DNA of 64,000 nt from Octopus vulgaris. Lineage: Eukaryota. Positions within the stretch are counted from its first letter, which is position 1. The number at the start of each line of letters is the position of its first letter. The notes beneath the pieces are model-generated. The model did not search any database and was not told the DNA's origin. It saw only the letters and a program-made list of their open reading frames with translations. Made by a program: the position numbers and the translations under genes. Below, piece by piece: positions 26,396-42,056 of the stretch. The DNA lies in contig OX597827.1 in the NCBI GenBank assembly GCA_951406725.2, forward strand, positions 60,140,001 through 60,204,000, given 5' to 3'.

Positions 26396-27004
26396 AGAAA
26401 TTGCAGTTAAATTGACCTCATATCACGCCTTGAAAAAGCGGGTGGTGGGTTACATACCTATTCTTATAATAATAACAATAATAATACTTTCTACCACAGG
26501 CACAAGGTCTGAAATATTTAACAGGAGTGGGTTCGTCCATTAGATATATCCAAATGCGTTGGCAGTGTCCTCTCGAAAATATAAGCCAGACTTAAGTGTA
26601 ATATCTTCCCGTGACTGATCCCCTGTTGCACTCCCATGATTTCTTGTTATTCTTATATTTTTTGCATATATAACCGGCAAATTCGATTAATGCGCAACAC
26701 TTGGCTTCCTGGAACAGCTATCTTGTTAAGACACCATGTAATTTCCTTATATATGTATTTCTTTTTCTTTATTCTGTATTTATTGTTGTCTATGTATATG
26801 CATGTACGTACGTACGTGTGTATGTATGTATGTATGTATGTATGTATGTATGTATGTATGTATGTATGTATGTATGTATGTATGTGTGAGTGAACAGAAT
26901 TAGCACGCTACGCATTCAGTTGGAGTTGTGTTAATTGAGCTACAGGCTGACATACCTCTTAATGTTACTTTAAGTTACGTGGACGCCAGAAAATACGAGC
27001 AATA

Positions 27005-28195
27005 CCTCGGACATTCTTGCCGCGTGTCTTCCTGACACCTAGGGCAGAGAAACGTACTATATATATTGGTAGGCCATTAAAATAAACACACGAGATTGTT
27101 TATTTACAAAGTCAAGATAAAGCCTTCACTCTCTGCCTTCAGCCCTGAGCTCTGTGGCCACTGATGGGTATGCTTCTGGTCTACATCAGTGAGTCACCTT
27201 GGAAAATGCAACAGTTGATGTTAATATTTTTTGTGGTCATTACTCCATTAGAGTGGTATAATTGGAAATTTGTATTCCACGCTGACATGTTGTGCTTCAG
27301 GAAGTTTGAAATCACAGGATAAATTTTGAATATATCTAACGATTTCAAGATCCATGAATCTGGTATACTGTCAAAGGCCTTTTCATAATCAATCCATGCG
27401 GAACTGAGATTTCTGCGTTTGTTATGACAGTTTTCAAAGATCATGCGATTGATTAAGAGTTGATCTTTGCATCCATACGAGCCCCGTTAGCATCATTTTT
27501 GTTCAGTGGGGAAAGCATCCTTCTGTTCCATAAGTTTGTATGTTTTCTCCACGAGGATGGATGTTAAACTTTTATACGTGGTAGCCAGACATATTATGGG
27601 CCGATAGTTTTGAGGAAATTTGATTTCATTATTCTTCGGGAGTAGGTAAGTAATACGAACCAATCAGGTGTTTTCGTAAGATTTCTCATAACTTGATTGA
27701 ATAACTGCACTTACTTTTCATGTGCGCACGGGAGCGATGCAAGTCAGGAATTTGGCACCCTATCATTACCAGAGGATTTCCTCTTATGAACCTTCGTGAG
27801 TGTCATCCTTGGGTCTGCTATTGGAATGTCTTCCCATGCTTGTTCAGGCAAGTTTTGGTAGGATCCTTCTGTGCGTCTAATCCAGTCTACAGTTTCATTG
27901 TGTCTTTTCATTATTCCAGATATTTTTACAAAAGTTTTCAACTTCTTCCATGTCGGCTGAGGTCTTCAACGGTTATTTTCTCCTTCCCTATTTCTCTGTA
28001 GAATGTTTTCGCATTGGATGTGAACAGCTTATTTTGCTTGTAAAACTTGTTTCTCCGCTCAAATCTTCGTATTCTTTGAGCTTTTGCTTGGACATTTTGT
28101 TACAGTGTTTCTTTTGCTGAAAGCAGTTCTCTTGATGAGATTCTGTTTTCTCTTCATCTTTCTTCCATTTCTGGATTTTACATCGTTTCCACAGA
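27005..28195 (-). mobile_element. Internally deleted R4/Dong LINE: RT domain fragment, linker and 3' UTR
   Basis: RT motifs TYLLPK, NYRPIICL, GCKDQLLIN, AWIDYEKAFDSIP and IFQGDSL, then a jump to THQW..SGLKAESEGFIL, then a 3' UTR at about 27010-27085 matching 24568-24635. Confidence 0.9.
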
Positions 28196-28199
28196 TTAG

Positions 28200-28660
28200 C
28201 GCATGCCATCAAAGTGATACTGGAGTACAAATATACGAAGTCTCATATATCCATTATGACTACTCGTCTGATAACGGTACACCAGGCATATGCATCACAG
28301 CCATATGTGCGCGATATGGTGATCTCATATAAAGATAAACAGTTGTTTATCTCATATCTTATCTCATATCTCTTGTTTATCTCATGTCAAGATAAACAAG
28401 TGGGGCCACTTCCCACTCAAAAGGTCACAGGATAATGGTTTATTAAGGACGATGAATGAAACATCCATGTTTCAAGGGGTGAATAATTCAAACCCCAAAG
28501 AATTTCTCTCAACACATGACCATAGTGTTACACCACTACACCTGCTCTTGATCAGAGATTGCACATATCATGAGCCACTAAGGGAGATGTTCAACTGGTT
28601 ATGGTAAAAAAATTGATAAGCAAATCCACAGTATTGAACAAAATATTAGCAGTCGCCCAT
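28200..28660 (-). mobile_element. Second, more diverged copy of the 25508-25950 retroposon
   Basis: Shared blocks GCATGCCATCAAAGTGA, TGACTAC.CGTCTGATAA, AAACCCCAAAGAAT and GCCACTAAGGGA. Confidence 0.75.
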
Positions 28661-28858
28661 CTCCATCTTTTAGATCAAGACAAAATATGTACATTTTAAC
28701 ACTTCCATTCAGGAGCCATTAGAACCACAGTGGTGACTGTTCAAATTCCATCGTAGTCGACTTTGTCTTTCATCCTTTTTAGGAGTCGATGTAATCGACT
28801 TACCCCCACGCCCGATATTACTGGCCTTGAGTCAAAATTTGAAACCATTAACATAGTT

Positions 28859-28896
<38 letters not shown>

Positions 28897-28974
28897 CTTC
28901 TACTTCTTCCAATCAGGACTCACGCAATTAACCACAAAGAATAATCTCTAACTCGAGCCTACTCTAAGCTACTA

Positions 28975-29470
28975 ATTTTATCGACCTGGATAGGTTGAAA
29001 GACAAAGTCGATCTCCGCGGAGTTTGAACTCAGAACGTGAAGACGGTCGTAATTCCGCTAATTGCTCTATCTGGCGTGTTGATTTTTATTTCTTTACTGC
29101 CAACAAGGGGCTAAACATAGAGGGGACAAACAAGAACAGACAGAGGTATTAAGTCGATTACATCGACCCCAGTGCCCCGAACGGATGAAAAGTAAAGACG
29201 ACCTCGGCGGAATTTGAACTCAGAACGTAACGACAGACGAAATACCGCTACACATTTCGCCCAGCGTGCTAACGTTTCTTATTTCTTTATTTCGAAAAGG
29301 GCATAGAGGGACAAACAAGGACAGACAAAGGGAGTAAGTTGATTACATCGACCCCAGTACGTAACTGGTACTTACTTTATCGACCCCGAAAGGATTAAAG
29401 GCAAAGACGACCTCGGCGGAATTTGAACTCACAACGTAACGGCATGCTAACGATTCTGTCAACTCACCGC
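28975..29470 (-). mobile_element. Array of three SINE B copies
   Basis: TTTGAACTCA occurs at about 29023, 29213 and 29422. Confidence 0.85.
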
Positions 29471-29679
29471 TTTAGCTTTGTATCTATATTAGGAGTAGTC
29501 ACTATCTGTCCTCCGCCTTATTTTTTTCTTCTTCTTTTTCTTCTTCTTCTTCTTCTTTTTCTTCTTCTTCTTCTTCTTCTTCTTCCTTTTCTTCTTTTTC
29601 TTCTTCTTTTACATCTCCTCCCCCTCCTGCTTCTCTTGTTTCTGTAAATTCATTTCAGCTTTATTTTAGTGGGAAGATC

Positions 29680-30021
29680 AATGAGAAGAAGAAGAAGAAG
29701 AAGAAGAAGAAGAAGAAGAAGAAGAAGAAGAAGAAGAAGAAGAAGAAGAAGAAGAGAAGAAGAAGAAGAAGAAGAAGAAGAAGAAGAAGAAGAAGAAGAA
29801 GAAGAAGAAGAAGAAGAAGAAGAAGAAGAAGAAGAAGAAGAAGAGGATGGATCAGGATGGAATAGATAAACAGTGGCTGAAGGGAGAAGAAAGAGAAAGA
29901 GGGTACAATCATGGAAGTCGGGGTGGAGTGGAGAGTTTCTTCAAGGGTAGGCAGGAAATCCAGGCGTGAAAAAAATGGAGGGGATAGCAGAATGTTAGAA
30001 TGGTGTGGAGAGCGATGATGG

Positions 30022-30059
<38 letters not shown>

Positions 30060-30155
30060 GTGGTGGTGATAATGATGATGATGATGATGGTGATGGTGAT
30101 GGTGATGGTGATGATGATGGTGATGATGATGGTGATGATGATGGTGATGATGATG
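29680..30155. repeat. (AAG)n and (GAT/GGT)n triplet microsatellites
   Basis: Direct reading. Representative of many (TA)n, (CA)n, (CATA)n, (GATA)n, (AAT)n and (TAG)n tracts across the window. Confidence 0.95.
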
Positions 30156-30497
30156 CCATTGTAAGAATAAACAACGTAAACACATATTTCCATAATCACA
30201 TTTAAACATACGTGTTTAAACAGACGTACAAAACATAAATATATGCACATGTGTGTATGACAATATATATGTATATATATATAACTATATACATATCTGT
30301 ATGTGTTTGTGTAAGTTGGTATATATATAAATATATACATCTATATATGTGTGTAGGTATGTATGTATGTATTATATATATATATATATATATATACTTA
30401 CGTATGTGTAAATAAATATATGTACACATTTATATACATAGATATATATGTCTACGTATCTATATATAAATACTTAAACATATACGTATAGATATAC

Positions 30498-30559
<62 letters not shown>

Positions 30560-30985
30560 TTACACGTACATGTACATAGATATATATATATATTTATATA
30601 TACAAATATATATTGATATATATATTTATATACTTATTTGTGTATACATATATATATATATATATAGATATATATATATATATATATACATATATACATA
30701 CATACATACATATATCAACGCATTTGCACAAATTTGCACAAATTTGCACATATTTGCACACGTTTAAACGAGTTAAGAGAGAAGCGTTTTATTGTCATTT
30801 TAAATAAGTTGCTGGTTTATTTTTATGGCCAGCGAAGAATGGTGTTAGAACCCATCACAACTACAGCTACCATCTTTAATATTGCAATCTTTAACAACCA
30901 GCACCAAACCAACCAGCCATTATCCACTGCCGATGTCGTCTGCCACCCGTGGGAGATAATTCAATAGAGATGTAGTTCACATGAA

Positions 30986-31043
<58 letters not shown>

Positions 31044-31055
31044 CGATATTGGTAG

Positions 31056-31115
<60 letters not shown>

Positions 31116-31132
31116 TGATGATAATAATAATA

Positions 31133-31188
<56 letters not shown>

Positions 31189-31233
31189 TATGATGATGAT
31201 GATAAAATATAATGGTCATGATGATAGTGGTGG

Positions 31234-31288
<55 letters not shown>

Positions 31289-33212
31289 AGTAACTGTACA
31301 AAAGACTCCAAAATTAAACGAGAATGATAGGACCTTAGAATAGTAATGGCAACAGCAGAGTCTCAGAAAATAAATAAACCTAAATAAATAAATATGTATA
31401 TAGTGTAATAAAGCTAAATAGAAATGAATAGGAAACGAGAATGTGTGTGTATGCGTGTGTGTATGTATATGTATATATTTATATATATATATGTATAAAT
31501 ATATATATATGTGTGTGTGTTTGTGTATGTGTGTGAATGTATATATGTGTATATGGATGTATGTATACACAAATATACATTCATACATATAATGTGTGTG
31601 CGTGTATCCGTGTATATATATATAAACATATACATTTATATATAATTAAATTTTTATATATATGCATATACGTTTATATATGTGTGAATGTATATACATA
31701 TATATATGTATTATGTGTATGTATGTATGTATGTATGTATGTATGTATGTATGTATGTATGTATGTATGCATGCATGCATGCATGCATGTATGTATGTAT
31801 GTATGTATGTATGTATGTATGTATACGTTTGTAAACATTAAAAAGAAGAGCGAATAAAATATAATCAAGATGGCGTCGGATGTTAAGTGTGAGGCGGGAA
31901 ACATTGAAAGAAAATGGCAGATGAAACATACGTTAGACATTCAATATCTTCCGACGTTTATAAGACAGAAAAAAAAATACAAAAATAAGACGGTGATTGA
32001 AAAAGGAAAAGGGCTGAATTTAAACAAGTTGTTTCATTCATTGTTCGCAACCTGTATGTTAGTATACATGTGTCTATGTATATGCATATGTATGTGTGAG
32101 TATATGCGTATTTTGAAGAAAAGGAGAGATTGTGTGTGTATATGTATATCTGATAGTAAGTGAACCATGTCTCTGTATGTATGTGAATGAGTTTCAATGT
32201 TTGTGTATCTTAAGGCGGGGGTTGCGTCTTTCCATATTCCTCTGTATGTATGTGTATATATGTTTTGCAGGTACATGTGTGTAGGCTAATAAGAGAGAGG
32301 TGGGAAGAGAGAGTGAGAGAATGTGTGGTGGGGCTGCATGTGTCGTGTATATGAGTCTGTATGGGAGAGACAATGTGATAATGTGTATGTTTGCGTTTGT
32401 ATGTTCCTGTATGTATTTGTGTATGTGACAGTATGCGTCCGCAAGTATACGCGAATAGATCTATGCGTGTGTGTGTCAGAGAGAGAGAGAGGGAGAGAGA
32501 AAGAAAGAGAGAGCGTGTGCGCGCACGTGTGTAGCTAATGATAAGGAAATAAAGGCGAAAGAGAGAATGTGTTTGTTTAATAGACGTGTGTGTATAACGT
32601 ATATTATACAACGGCCGAACATTAAGTTTGCACTCTTCACGTCTGCCAATTGTCTCCATCTCATTATGGTCCTCTTTTATATCTGTTTGTCTAAAACGAT
32701 GAGACGAAGGAATGAATGGTCACGTGAAATTTTACTATTAGTGAGTCAGAGGTTCATCTTTTGAGATGCTGGGGTAAGTACTATACAGTTAGCTACAGCT
32801 GGGCGGATCAATGATAGTTGATGGTTATTTGTTTTTACTGTTTTCGTTGCTGCTTTATAGGAAGGAGTGTATCTGAATTAGTCACAAAAAGGAGAGAAGT
32901 GCTCATGACCTTCGCAGTCCCTGGCAAACTGTTCGATTCGATGTGGTTGTTGTTGAGAGCGTATGTGCTGGATGTGTTAGTGGGGAGAAGGGCGCTGGGT
33001 TTCCACCGGAGAGGGTAAACTCTCTTTATTATACTTCTGGTTTTGCAGTATCATGATATAGACTAAATGTAATTTGTTTTCCGAGCCAGATACGAAGATT
33101 AAGTCAGGTCGAAGTTTTATCATGCATAGAAATAACCTAAAGTTTGTATGCTTATAGTTAACGCTTAAGCCGTAGACTCAGATCGACAGCGCAACAATAA
33201 CCATGCACCACA

Positions 33213-33529
<317 letters not shown>

Positions 33530-33774
33530 TATGGATAAGAGAGTCATGATTTCGGGCGTCTGTCGCAATTTACTTTCATATTTTAGGACAATTTGACTTC
33601 TTTTACGGCGGTACACTGCATGTTAACCGAGTGTCGTTCACTGATACTTTGAATGCGGTGAATCTTATATGTGAAAAGAACACAAATATAGAACTTATTT
33701 GAGCTTAGTGGCACTGTTTCCTCTCTAGTAGCTCATATAGAAAAAGTGTCTTGATTATATATATGACCAAATAT

Positions 33775-33881
33775 ATGACACCCTAGGCATAACTCCAACA
33801 CGAACTTCTAACTTGTTGTCTCTTGAGATCTTTGGGTGAGATTTGGAGCCAACTTGTACAAATACAAAGCAAAAGCCAAGC

Positions 33882-33885
<4 letters not shown>
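33775..33885 (+). mobile_element. Probable LINE 3' UTR fragment followed by (AAT)n
   Basis: Unique sequence ending directly in a long (AAT)n tail. Resembles Dong-type 3' ends (from recall, unverified). Confidence 0.45.
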
Positions 33886-33973
<88 letters not shown>

Positions 33974-34014
33974 GGCATGCACTGCTCTCTCACTCAATAA
34001 TAATAATAATAATA

Positions 34015-34515
<501 letters not shown>

Positions 34516-35531
34516 CATTCACAAGAAATTAATGCGCTGCTTGAGGAAATTAAAGTATGAATACCGAGAAACTCTAAAGGAGAGGTTTTTGTTGAAACCC
34601 ATAGAATTAGTATTTCAACAGTGAGGGAACACAAACCAGGTGTGGAAGATTTCACGCTTCGACCGATAGGGAAAATATTGGCTAGTAAACTCGACGGTGT
34701 TGAGTTGCAATCGGAATGAAAGGTGACAAGACCCATAAGGTATCTTAATCTAACCGCGGTGGTCTCATCTCAGTCCTTTGTGGACTGCAATGAGAGGATT
34801 GGACTCGATTGTTGGGACGCTGATAATTTGGTGCAGCTGACTGGACATTCGACCTGTTTTGGCAACAGGACTTTCGGGTGCTGGAGACAAGCACACACGT
34901 ATGCACACACAAAAATATATTCAAATAAGAAGAGTGAGAGACAGACAGACAAAAACATTATAATTCATTAACTGAACACAATTGATATAAATATTTATCT
35001 TCTCCTCATGCACATGAAGAGTAGTATGCTCACACATAGATAAGGAGGAAGTAAATAAAGAGGGAAGCAGAGAGCAAAGAGAAACATCGAAACGTCTGAT
35101 GTCAAATAAGTCAGCGTCGAATCAGCGTCACCAAATAGGCGGCGCCAAAACGGCTGTACCGCAACGTCTCATTCCTTTTGTAGGTGGTCATCTATTATTT
35201 GTGGACTATACATTAAATCTGTTTTACTATATTACATTTCCTCCACACTCAGCATTTACCACGTGCGTTCATCCAGGCCATTGTGACTGCAGCAGAAATA
35301 TTAATAGTAATCATTATAATTAGGGTGGAAGAATCTGTATAGCAACAAACAAAACAGCCCTGTGGTATTCAGTTCCGCCCCTTTAAGGAGGGAACGACGA
35401 AGGAAAGAAGTCAGATATTTCGGGGTTTACTGTTTAATAGACTGGTTTTAAAATTATATCAATGCAGTAGGTGTGCTTGTTTCCAAGATTCACCTCGATA
35501 GTGTTTGTGAGCGTGTCGGAGCACACATGCG

Positions 35532-35595
<64 letters not shown>

Positions 35596-35686
35596 AAACA
35601 CACACACATGTGCACGAAGAATGCGTATGACCGATCGATAGCTAGAGAGATAGATTGAATGATTAATATATATATATATATATATG

Positions 35687-35753
<67 letters not shown>

Positions 35754-35813
35754 ATACATATCTGCATGCATACTTATGCATACATACGCAGATATATGTA
35801 TATTCGTGTGGGA

Positions 35814-35862
<49 letters not shown>

Positions 35863-36100
35863 CACATACACACACATACATACAAATATAAATGTATATA
35901 TACATATATATATATACATATATATATACATATATATATAAATATATATACATATATATATACAAATACACATATATATATATAGAGAGAGAGAGAAAGA
36001 GAGATGTTTACATGCATATATGTATTATAGTCACACACAACACATATATGTATGTATATACGTGTATGTTTGTGTATGTATGCATGAGTGTATATGTATG

Positions 36101-36141
<41 letters not shown>

Positions 36142-36999
36142 AAGTATGTGTGTATACAGACCCGTTTACATACATATAAATATATATATATACATACAAG
36201 TAAGTATGTATTCATGTACGTATGCATGTAGGCATGTATGCATGTATGTATATATGTGTGTATGTACGATTGTATATATATACTGCGGTCTATTATTTTC
36301 GTCTCAAAATTAGTTTTTGACTTCCTGCTGGACTTTTGGATGTCTTCAGTGGCGGGGATTGACGGGGATCACCGTAGGGCAAGCTTTGTCGGTAAATAGT
36401 TGAGGTGGGGGTGAAAGAGAAAAAAAGGGGTGAGATGCCAGATGGAGAAGGGGAATCGGTATGAGTCAAACATCTTGCCGTCTCGGATTTCAATTATCGT
36501 CTTTTAGTTTCTATGAATATAAAAATGCGCATGCGTATAGGTCTAACCATACATAAATGCATGTGTGTGTGTCCGTGTGTATGTATGTGTGTATCTGTGT
36601 GTGTGTGTCTGTATCTGTGTATATGTGTGAAGGCATATGTATGTATGCATGTATGTGTATGTCTATGTCTGAAGGCATATGTATGTGTGCATGTATGTAT
36701 ATATATATTGATAAATATATATAGCAGTATATGATATAGATGTATATAATATCTATAGATAATATATATAGCTATGTATATAATATATATAGATGTGTGT
36801 GTATATATATGTATGTGTATGCATGTATATGTATGAATGCCTATGTATGCATGTATGTATATAATATATACATATGTGTGTATACACACAAACGTATGTA
36901 TGTATGTGTGTGCGTGCGTGTATGTGCGTGTGTGAATGTGTGTGTGTGTGTAGGCATGAATATATATATAATCTAGATATGTAAGTATATGCATATATG

Positions 37000-37073
<74 letters not shown>

Positions 37074-37174
37074 TGTGAATATATATATATTTGTATACAT
37101 GTAGAGTGGTAAATGTATGCATGTATAATATGGGTATATATACATATATGCATACACACACACACACATATACT

Positions 37175-37582
37175 GTTTTACTCTTTTACTTATTTCAGTC
37201 ATTTGACTGCGGTCATGCTGGAGCACCGCCTCTAGTCGAGCAAATCGACCCCAGAGCTTATTCTTTGTAAGCTTAGTTCTTATTTTATCGGTCTTTTTTG
37301 CCGAACCGCTAAGTTACGCGGACGTAAACACACCACCATCGGTTGTCAAGCGATGTTGTGGGGACAAACGCAGACATCCAAACACACACACACATATATA
37401 TACACATACATACATATATACGACAGGCTTCTTTGAGTTTCCGTCTACCAAATCCACTCACAAGGCTTTGGTCGGCCGAGGCTATAGTAGAAGACACTTG
37501 CCCAAGGTGACAAACAGTGGGACTGAACCTGGAACCATGTGGTTGGTGAGCAAGCTACTTACCACACAGCCATTCCTGAGCC
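37175..37582 (-). mobile_element. SINE A, full length
   Basis: Homology to 8544-8984. Confidence 0.9.
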
Positions 37583-37872
37583 TATATATATATGCATATA
37601 TAGTGTACATGTCTATGTGCATGTATGCTCCATTTGATACACGTATCTGTGTATCCTTTACATACGAACATTTGAGTTACTACGTATGCAGTTACAACCT
37701 TTTAGCTGAAGCCCCTATTATAATCACATATAATGTGATTATAACAGGGACAAATGTTAGTAAAATTACTGGGCTCCAAACAAACTCAAAATACTGCTTA
37801 TCATCTATTACTCTTATCCAAAAGCATCCTAAAAAAGGAACGCTGTAAGCGCGTTCGACAGTAAGTCTCCCT

Positions 37873-37919
<47 letters not shown>

Positions 37920-37928
37920 ACTTTCTGC

Positions 37929-37982
<54 letters not shown>

Positions 37983-38620
37983 ATAAATAAATAAATGCAT
38001 GCATACATACATACATACATACATACATACATACATACATACATACATACATACGTGCTCCAGCATAGCCGCAGTCTAATGACTGAAGCAATTAAGATAT
38101 ATATATAGTGGGGCGAGAGAGAGACACAAAGCTGGAGAGTCAGCTCATAAATTCTTTAAGGCGGTTTCCATCTTGGCTGCAGTCTATTCACTAAAGCAAG
38201 TAGGATATATATATATATATATATATAGTGGGGAGAGAGAGTGAAAGGCACAAAATTGGAGAGTCAGCTCAAGCATTACTTAATTACATCATCATACACG
38301 CGCTTCGGAGAAGATAATGGACGAAATTGCATAATACAGCAGTTATTTTCAATGAAACACGTGTAAAATGACGTAATTGTCGGTTTAGAAACCAATCCTC
38401 CATTTTTCTCTTTTCTGTAAGAAGCTTTCGATCTTTCTAACTATGGAAATCACTGAAAGAAAACTTGTGCTATAATAAGATGAGTTCTCTTTGCAGTTTT
38501 TTGTTGTTGTTGTTGTTGTTTTTACCTCTTCTGATGTTTAAGGATGCATATGGCGTTCGGAATATTACTTTATTTGTCATGCAATTTAAATTAAAATAGT
38601 ACTGTCTAATTACACACACA

Positions 38621-38667
<47 letters not shown>

Positions 38668-38837
38668 GCACAAACACACAAAAATACATATATATGTGTG
38701 TATATATATATTTAAATATATATACACGTATATATTCATATCCTGATCATGTATATATTGTACACATGCATGTATGTATGTGTGTGTGTATATATATATG
38801 TATGTATATACACACACACGTGTATACTCATAAAATG

Positions 38838-38898
<61 letters not shown>

Positions 38899-38956
38899 GT
38901 ATATATTCATAATATCATATATATATATATATATATATTGTACACATGCATGTATG

Positions 38957-39066
<110 letters not shown>

Positions 39067-39477
39067 CAGACAGACAGACGGATAGACAGAAAGCAGATAC
39101 ACGATAAAAGAAGCCCGTCGTATGTAGGCATTTTTTCAAATACGCCAGCTAAACCTGTATTGTTTATTAGTCGTAAGACACCCGCTGTTTTTGTCCTGTT
39201 TTTACCATTATTGCTTTTTGTATTTTATATTCGTGTGGCATCGTCCGTTTTTCTGTCCCTGTTTCGTATACATTCGATTCTTCTTCCAAGAAATCTAATG
39301 CTCGTAGCTTAGTTTTTCCTTGGGGCTGGCCGGATCGGAGCGATCTCAAGATTAATCAGCCGAAATTGGTAGGTTGATCCGGTTCTTGACTGAACACTGA
39401 AGGCTTCGAATGTCCCGTCCGTGTTTTTTGTATCGTCTTCTAAATGTTTTACGTTCTTGTCCCAGTTTGTATTTTTC

Positions 39478-39536
<59 letters not shown>

Positions 39537-39554
39537 CATACACACACACACACG

Positions 39555-40136
39555 CAGACATGTAGGATGTAAATAGACAGCTTTAATTTTCAATATTTCT
39601 GATCTAAGCGTCCTAATATGTTTTCAGCGGTGTAGAATTTACAATGTAATTATTCTTTTTCATTCTAGGTGCCATTACATTAAATATTTGCGAAGAGTAA
39701 CTATTCCACGCACAAAAAATTCTGCAGAACTGTCAGATTTTCGGAGAGGTCGTACTGTTTGGCAATCTGAGAGTGGTCTTAGCCAGCGAAAAATTGCCGA
39801 AAATCTTCAAATTCCTTTTGCTACTGTTAATAGAATTATAGTGCAATTCAAAAGCCAAGGAAAAGAATCAACAGATTCCCGTCCCTGCCGACCTGGGCCT
39901 TCGGTAAAGAAGCTTCACTGTTTGAAGAAAATTGTGGAAAATGAACCATGTTCGAAGGCTTCTGACATTGCAAAACAGCTAGAAGTTAGTCAAAGAATGT
40001 GTGTTACAAACCTGCATAAGCTTGGGCATTATAGACGAGTAGACGAGCAGCTAGAAGAAAACACCTCCTTCAACCAATTAAGGTCAAACAAAAGATTTTG
40101 AAAATTAAAGGTGTCTATTTACTTCCTGCATGTCTG
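39555..40136 (+). mobile_element. Internally deleted non-autonomous Tc1 element (582 bp) retaining the DNA-binding domain
   Basis: 39-bp TIRs at 39555-39593 and 40098-40136 (3 mismatches). Frame [16 protein letters not shown]...[20 protein letters not shown]...RPCRP is a Tc1 paired-like HTH. No DDE domain. Confidence 0.9.
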
Positions 40137-40169
40137 TGTGTGTGCGTATATATATATATGTATGTATAT

Positions 40170-40720
40170 GTCACCGTGTGTGTATCTTATGTCCCTGTAT
40201 TCTCGCAGTTCGGCAAAAGACACCGATAGAATAAGTATTAGGTTTACAAAGTCCTGAGGTCGATTTGCTCGACTAAAGGTGGTGCTCCGGCATGGCCGCT
40301 GTCAAATGACTGAAACAAGTAAAAGAATAAAAGAATATATATGTGTATATTCTTTTACTTGTTTCAGTGAATTGAATGCGGCCATGCTGGAACACTGCCT
40401 TTACTCAAACAAATCGACCCCAGGACTTATTCTTTGTAAGTCTTGTGCTTATTCTATCGGTCTCTTGTGCCGAACCGCTAAGTTACAGTAACGTAAACAC
40501 ACCACCATCGGTTGTCAAGTGGACAAACACAGACACAGAAATACATATATATATCTAAATATATACGAGAGGCTTCTTTCAATTTCAGGCTACCAAATCC
40601 ACTCACAAGGCATTGGTTGGCCCAAGTCTATAGTAGAAGACACTTACTCAAGGCATCATGCGGTGGGACTGAACCTGGAACCATGTGGTTGGTAAGCAAG
40701 CTTTTCACCGCACAGCCACT
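40170..40720. mobile_element. Tail-to-tail SINE A pair: + 3' half at 40170-40335, - full copy at 40350-40720
   Basis: Both match the family consensus in opposite orientations, about 15 bp apart. Confidence 0.85.
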
Positions 40721-40836
40721 ATTTTATATATAGATAAATATATATATAATAAAGGGTAAAAATCATTAATGATTTTACCAGGGGGTCAGCGCGGAAATAA
40801 AAATCTTATAGGTAAATTTTACAAATATTTTTTTAT

Positions 40837-41071
40837 AATTATATATATATAATTATAACAAGGGACTGGCTATAAGCCTTTCCAAGCGCTAATAAAAAAT
40901 AGACGCCTAAAGACGCTATTACCACCTTAAAAAAACCCTTTTTGCCCAACTACAGCCCGTGTTCTATTTTTCGGAGTTTTTAAGGTGGTAATAGCGTCTT
41001 TAGGCGTCTATTTTTCTAGCGCGTGGAGAGGCTTACGGGTAACACTTTGTTATAATTATGTATATAATTAT
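40837..41071. repeat. Long imperfect inverted repeat with a perfect 39-bp core
   Basis: 40895-40933 and 40977-41015 are exact reverse complements, and the outer arms extend imperfectly. Confidence 0.93.
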
Positions 41072-41296
41072 TCAGATATATATATACGATTAGAGGTTGT
41101 GTTAACCTCACGAAGGGTAGTTTCATCCAAGGAAATACTGGTTCAATACATAATATTTTAGGGGAATAAATTTTCTTAAAATAATAGGTATGTATGTAAA
41201 GAAAACATATAGTTTATATTCATATAAAAGAAGAAAAAGGAAATTGAGATTGGAAAGTTAATACTTGTTTATCGTTAACAGCAAATTTATCATCAT

Positions 41297-41378
41297 CCTT
41301 ACAGCTGTTTCAATTAATACATAGTAAATATTAAGTAAATATTAAATTTATATGACATGAGCATTATATCTTCAGAGG
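41297..41378 (-). ncRNA. Hammerhead-like motif with a long AT-rich stem II
   Basis: Reverse complement reads CCU-CUGAAGA-(57 nt)-GAAAC-AGCU-GUA-AGG: intact core boxes, palindromic ACAGCUGU and a 3-bp stem I. Confidence 0.5.
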
Positions 41379-41526
41379 GGAAAAATATACCTATGGATGT
41401 TTTATATGTATTTATGGATTCATTATAGCAGACTGCTAAAAGCACATAAACATTCTGTATGTTATAAATCTATATGCTATAAATCCATAAACACATAAAA
41501 CATTCATGGGTATATTTTTTCCCTCT
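41374..41526. repeat. Imperfect inverted repeat, arms of about 46 bp
   Basis: 41374-41420 pairs with 41482-41526. Confidence 0.9.
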
Positions 41527-41604
41527 CTATAAATATATATATATGATTATGTATATATACCACTTTTTGCTGTACGTATGTGTGTGCGTGTGCGTGTGTG
41601 TGTG

Positions 41605-41728
41605 TCTGTGTGTGTGTGTGTTTTCAGGCTTGTGTGTGTGTCTGTGTGTTTTCAGGCATGTGTGTGTTTGTTTTCAGGCATGTGTGTGTTTTCAGGCATG
41701 TGTGTGTGTGTTTTCAGGCATGTGTGTG
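41605..41728. repeat. Minisatellite (GT)nTTTCAGGCAT, five units
   Basis: TTTTCAGGC occurs five times within a GT tract. Confidence 0.85.
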
Positions 41729-41905
41729 CGCGGACGTGATTGTGAGAGAGAGCTTGTGTGTATATAAATAGGTAATTGTTAACTAGTACAAATATAAGCA
41801 TTACATAGAATTTTGCTGGCATTAGCATTGAAACATGTGTGCGATTGTGACATATACTGCGATTGGGGTGTACGTGTATATACACATATATCAACAGATG
41901 TCTTT

Positions 41906-41966
<61 letters not shown>

Positions 41967-42024
41967 CGTATATACACACACAAATATAGACATATAGTTA
42001 AATTCTCCTATACATACATATATA

Positions 42025-42056
<32 letters not shown>

